Source of the DNA: Armatimonadetes bacterium DC | Lineage (GTDB): Bacteria > Armatimonadota > Fimbriimonadia > Fimbriimonadales > GBS-DC | Direction: 5' to 3' | DNA: 64,000 nucleotides | Assembly (NCBI GenBank): GCA_001442985.1 | Contig: LDYB01000004.1 | Coordinates: 13,063 to 77,062, forward strand | Part shown: positions 60,501 through 64,000 of the stretch, one piece after another | Layout: every line of letters begins with the position of its first letter | How positions within the stretch are numbered: position 1 is the stretch's first letter | Notes under the pieces: generated by a model | Told to the model about the DNA's origin: nothing | Database searches by the model: none | Seen by the model: the letters and a program-made list of their open reading frames with translations, nothing else | Made by a program: the position numbers and the translations under genes

Positions 60501-63500
60501 CGCTACGCGATTACAGGCGAACCCGTGCAGGGCTTCGGGGAGCAAGCGGGTCTGTGGTGGACGATTGTCTCGGGCGCGTTCACCGATTTCGCAAACGAGA
60601 TTTTAGACCTCCGCCGCCTCGCCAGCGACCCCGCCCCCAACTGGAAACAACTCCGTGAACGGGGCGAGAAACTGGTACAACAGATTCTGGAGTTCGGGCA
60701 GTGGGTGGGGCGGATGCAACCCGACGCCACCCTCCAGAAACCTTACCAGCATGTACGGTTCGGGGCGCAGTTGCTGGGGCAGTCGGCGCAACATATGGCA
60801 CGCTACTTGCTGTCGCGCAATAACGAGGAGGCGGAACAGGCAGCCACGCTCCGCATCGAGGCGTTGCGCGAGCTGGAATCTGCCCAGCCGAAACCTGAGT
60901 GATGATCGAACTGGGGTTGCTAATGGGTCTGGCTGTGCTGGGGGGCGCCGCCATCACATGGTGGAGCCGACGCGCCTGCCCCTTCTGTCCACGCCCCCCT
61001 GTGATGGCGCATCAGCGCGTGCAGATGGAGGTGGAGGGGCAGACCTACACCGTGCTGTTGCATACAATAACGGAAAGCCATCTTGTGCTGACGCCGCCGG
61101 TGCGCAACGGATTGCCCCTGCGTTTTGAGACGGGCACGCGCGTGCGCCTGACGCTCACTGCGCCGGGCGGCGTGTATACAATGGAGAGCCAGTTCACCGG
61201 GTTCACGCGCGAAGGCGCCCACTCCTATCTGCTGATCGCGAACCCTTCCCGCTGGCAGGTGCATCAGCGACGTCGGCAACCGCGCGTCCTGCTCGCCGAC
61301 GAAGTGCCCCTCGAAGCGTGCGCCAACGGCAAGACCTTCATCGGCTGGGTGCAGGATGTGAGCGCAGGGGGCATGCGCCTGTTCGCCCCCGTGCCGCTCG
61401 CCGAAGGAACCCTGCTGCAGCTGGACATCCCGCCGGGTCTGAAGGGAGCGCTTTCGGAGGGCATCCGCACCGCGCAGGTTCGCGCCTGCAAGCGTACCCT
61501 GCACCGCCACGATTACCTCTTCTGTCTGCACCTCGCCTTCACCGATGGCTAACGCGCCCGACCTCTCGGTGATTATCGTCAACTACAACACGCGCGACCT
61601 GCTGCGGGAGTGTTTGCTGGCTCTGAGGCACTGCGCAGGGGTCTCTCTGGAGATCATCGTGGTGGACAACGCCTCCGCCGACGGCAGCGCAGAGATGGTG
61701 CGCACTGAGTTCCCGGAGGTCGTGCTGATTGCGAACGCCGAAAACAGGGGCTTTGGCGCGGGGTGTAATCAGGGATTGCGCGTGGCGCAGGGGCGTTATG
61801 CGCTGATTCTGAACGCCGATGCGCGCCCTCAGCAACACGCGCTCGCCCGACTCGTCGCATTTATGGACGCCCATCCCGAAGCCGCTGCCTGCGGGGGACA
61901 GCTCCGCTATCCCGACGGACGCATCCAGCCCTCGTGTGCAACGGACCTGACCCTCTGGGCGGTCTTCTGTGAGCAAACAATGCTGGAGAAGCTGTTCCCC
62001 AAAACGCGCCTGTTCGGCGGCTACTGGCGCACATGGTGGGACTTCAGCAGCACCATAGAGACCGAGCAGCTGATGGGCGCATGCCTGATGCTCCGCCGCC
62101 AGCCCGATGGAGCCTTTCCCGAATTTGACGAGGCGTACTTCCTCTACTGCGAGGACACCGACCTCTGCTATCGCCTGCGCAGAGCAGGGGGCAAGCTCTA
62201 TTATGTGCATGACGCGATTTTTGTGCATCATCTGGGGGCAAGCGGGGAGGGTCAGCGTGCCGAGATGGTGATTTATTACAATCGCGGCAAGGAGCGGTTC
62301 TTTCGCAAGTTTCATGGGGCGCTCCCTGCCGCGCTCTGTTTTCTGCTGAACCAGTTCGGTGCGCTCCTGCGCTGGCTGATCGGGTTCAGCCTGACAATCT
62401 TGACGCTGGGGCGCGTGGCGCGGTATCGCCGCTACGCCAGCATCTTCTGGCGCGTGTTCTGGCGACGCATGCCTAATGCCCATCAATAGACACAGGACGG
62501 TAGCCGCCCCGTGCCCGATAGTACAGGAACTGCGCCCCGAACAGCACCACCAGAATCGCAGGCAGGATGGCGACCACACGGAAGGTCATCGCCGCGCCCT
62601 CGCGCAGTGCCTGATCCAGCACCTTCACCTGTTCCTGTGCCGTCGGATCGCCGGCTTCTGCCTGCTGGCGCAATTCCGCAGCTTTTTCGGGGCTGTACCG
62701 TCCGTCCACCACCACAATCTGGCGCACTTCGGGCGTGAGATTACGGATGGTGTATTCGTCATAGATGCGCCCCATCGAGGGACCCGCGACGCCTGCGGCA
62801 ATCATGCCTGCCGCGCCCATCACCGCCAGCAGGAATTCGCCCCCACGCGGATAGCGCTCCGACACCACGCCCAGCATCGTGGGCCAGAAGTAGGCTTTGC
62901 CTATCCCGAAAATGGTCGCCGCCAGAAACGCCATCCCCGCCTCGAAGGCGTAGCTCAGCATGTACAGCCCCACCGCGGCGAACGCCGCGCAGATTGCCAG
63001 CAACCCGATTGGCGTGAACACCCGCGCGACAGGTCCCGCCACAAGGCGCAACACGAACATCAACCCCGAAGTGTACACCAGAAACAGAATCCCACGAATG
63101 CCCACCGTGTCGGTCAGCACGGAACCCACCCACTGGTCGGGTCCCAGCTCGGTGATGGCGGTCATACACATGCACAGAATCAGCAACAGCACGCCGGGGC
63201 GCAGAATCTGCATGAACATCTCGCCCATGCTGACTCCCGAAGCGGCGCGCTCGGTTGGTGGAAAATGTTCCGTCCAGATCATGGCGCCGTAAATCAACGC
63301 GGGCACGATAATCATGCCCAGTCGCACCTGCCACGGAGCGTTGAAGAATTGCGCCAGCGCGAAGGTTACCAGCCCGCCAATAATCAGCCCACCTGGCCAC
63401 CATGCGTGCAGCACATTCAGCTTGTGGGTTTTCTCGTTGGGATACATGGTGGCTGCCAGCGGGTTAATCACCGCCTCCACGGTTCCGTTCGCCAGTCCCA

Positions 63501-64000
63501 CCAGCAGGGTAGACGCCAGCAACGCCACAAACCCATAGTTCGGCGAGAGAATCGTGAACACAATCCCAAGGATATGTCCCAGACACGCCAGCTTCAGCAG
63601 GCGTCCCATGCCAATCGTGTTGACCAGCGGACCCACCAGCAGGATGGCAATCGGGAAGCCCCAGATGCCCATCAGGTTCACCAGTCCCTGTTGCTCGTGG
63701 CTGATGTCGAAGGTGGTGCCCAGTTCCTTGAGGATGTCGGCGCGGATGGAAAACGCCATCGCCGTAGTGACCAGCGCAATACAGCTCGCAATAAACAGCT
63801 TCTGTGCGTTATAGCCTGCTCCGTTCATTGCTGCCTCCCCTGATGGTGGAGAGAGTTCGAATCAGGGCGTGATTTTCCTGCTATTTCGGCTTATAATAAT
63901 CGTGTTGTTTGTAGCGAGGGGGCACAGCAACCCGCTGCGCCCCGTGCGTGGAAGATTAGCACCCGCTGCCAAAGTGGAACAGCACGGTTAGCAGGTCGGC

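Noticed and set aside
63956-64000. Possible 3' end of a minus-strand CDS (...ADLLTVLFHFGSGC*) followed by a 10-bp hairpin (about 63918-63942) at the right edge. Also a plus-strand CTTATAAT box at 63889-63896 with a structured-looking downstream sequence.
   Set aside because: Only 14 codons are visible, so coding potential cannot be judged. The plus-strand region matches no riboswitch class I know and is cut by the window end.

Overview
GC-rich, very gene-dense bacterial chromosomal segment. I call about 62 CDS (only the first 44 are itemised in features; the later genes are named, with coordinates, in the findings below), one tRNA-Gly(UCC) and one TPP riboswitch. I saw no rRNA, CRISPR array, transposase or integrase. 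Most of it is housekeeping: etfBA, nnr, thiC, lepA, nuoN, glgA, hisS, nth, psuG, bcp, scpA, ruvX, tdh, mnmG, gltX. Mixed in are envelope and secretion genes: wza/wzz-like export, a GT-C glycosyltransferase, a GT2, an HX9DG prepilin-like protein, an S8 protease and a VKOR-DsbA fusion. The prepilin-HX9DG protein and the promoter style suggest an Armatimonadota- or Planctomycetota-like lineage, but that is only a guess. Main non-obvious signals: (1) Three near-identical, perfect-consensus sigma54 -24/-12 elements (TGGCACG-N4-TTGCT) lie within 3.3 kb at the left end. Two are divergent, between a polysaccharide-export operon and a secreted Ig-like/beta-propeller protein plus HDOD operon. The third sits upstream of a small DUF5658-like membrane protein. 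No enhancer-binding protein gene is in the window. (2) A full-length paralog of the secreted propeller protein lies 25 kb away, next to an ABC-2 ATPase/permease pair (NosDFY-like layout). (3) Leaderless gene starts are pervasive: a GGTAnAnT -10 box sits 6-12 nt upstream of the start codon of at least 16 genes. Several are back-to-back divergent pairs in intergenic regions of 39-83 bp. (4) An overlapping TPR / TPR / PilZ / GT2 operon is present. (5) A protein with a FlhG-type DQAxxLR N-terminus but no P-loop is translationally coupled to glgA, near fliA-remA. All functional calls come from reading motifs by eye. No database search was run.
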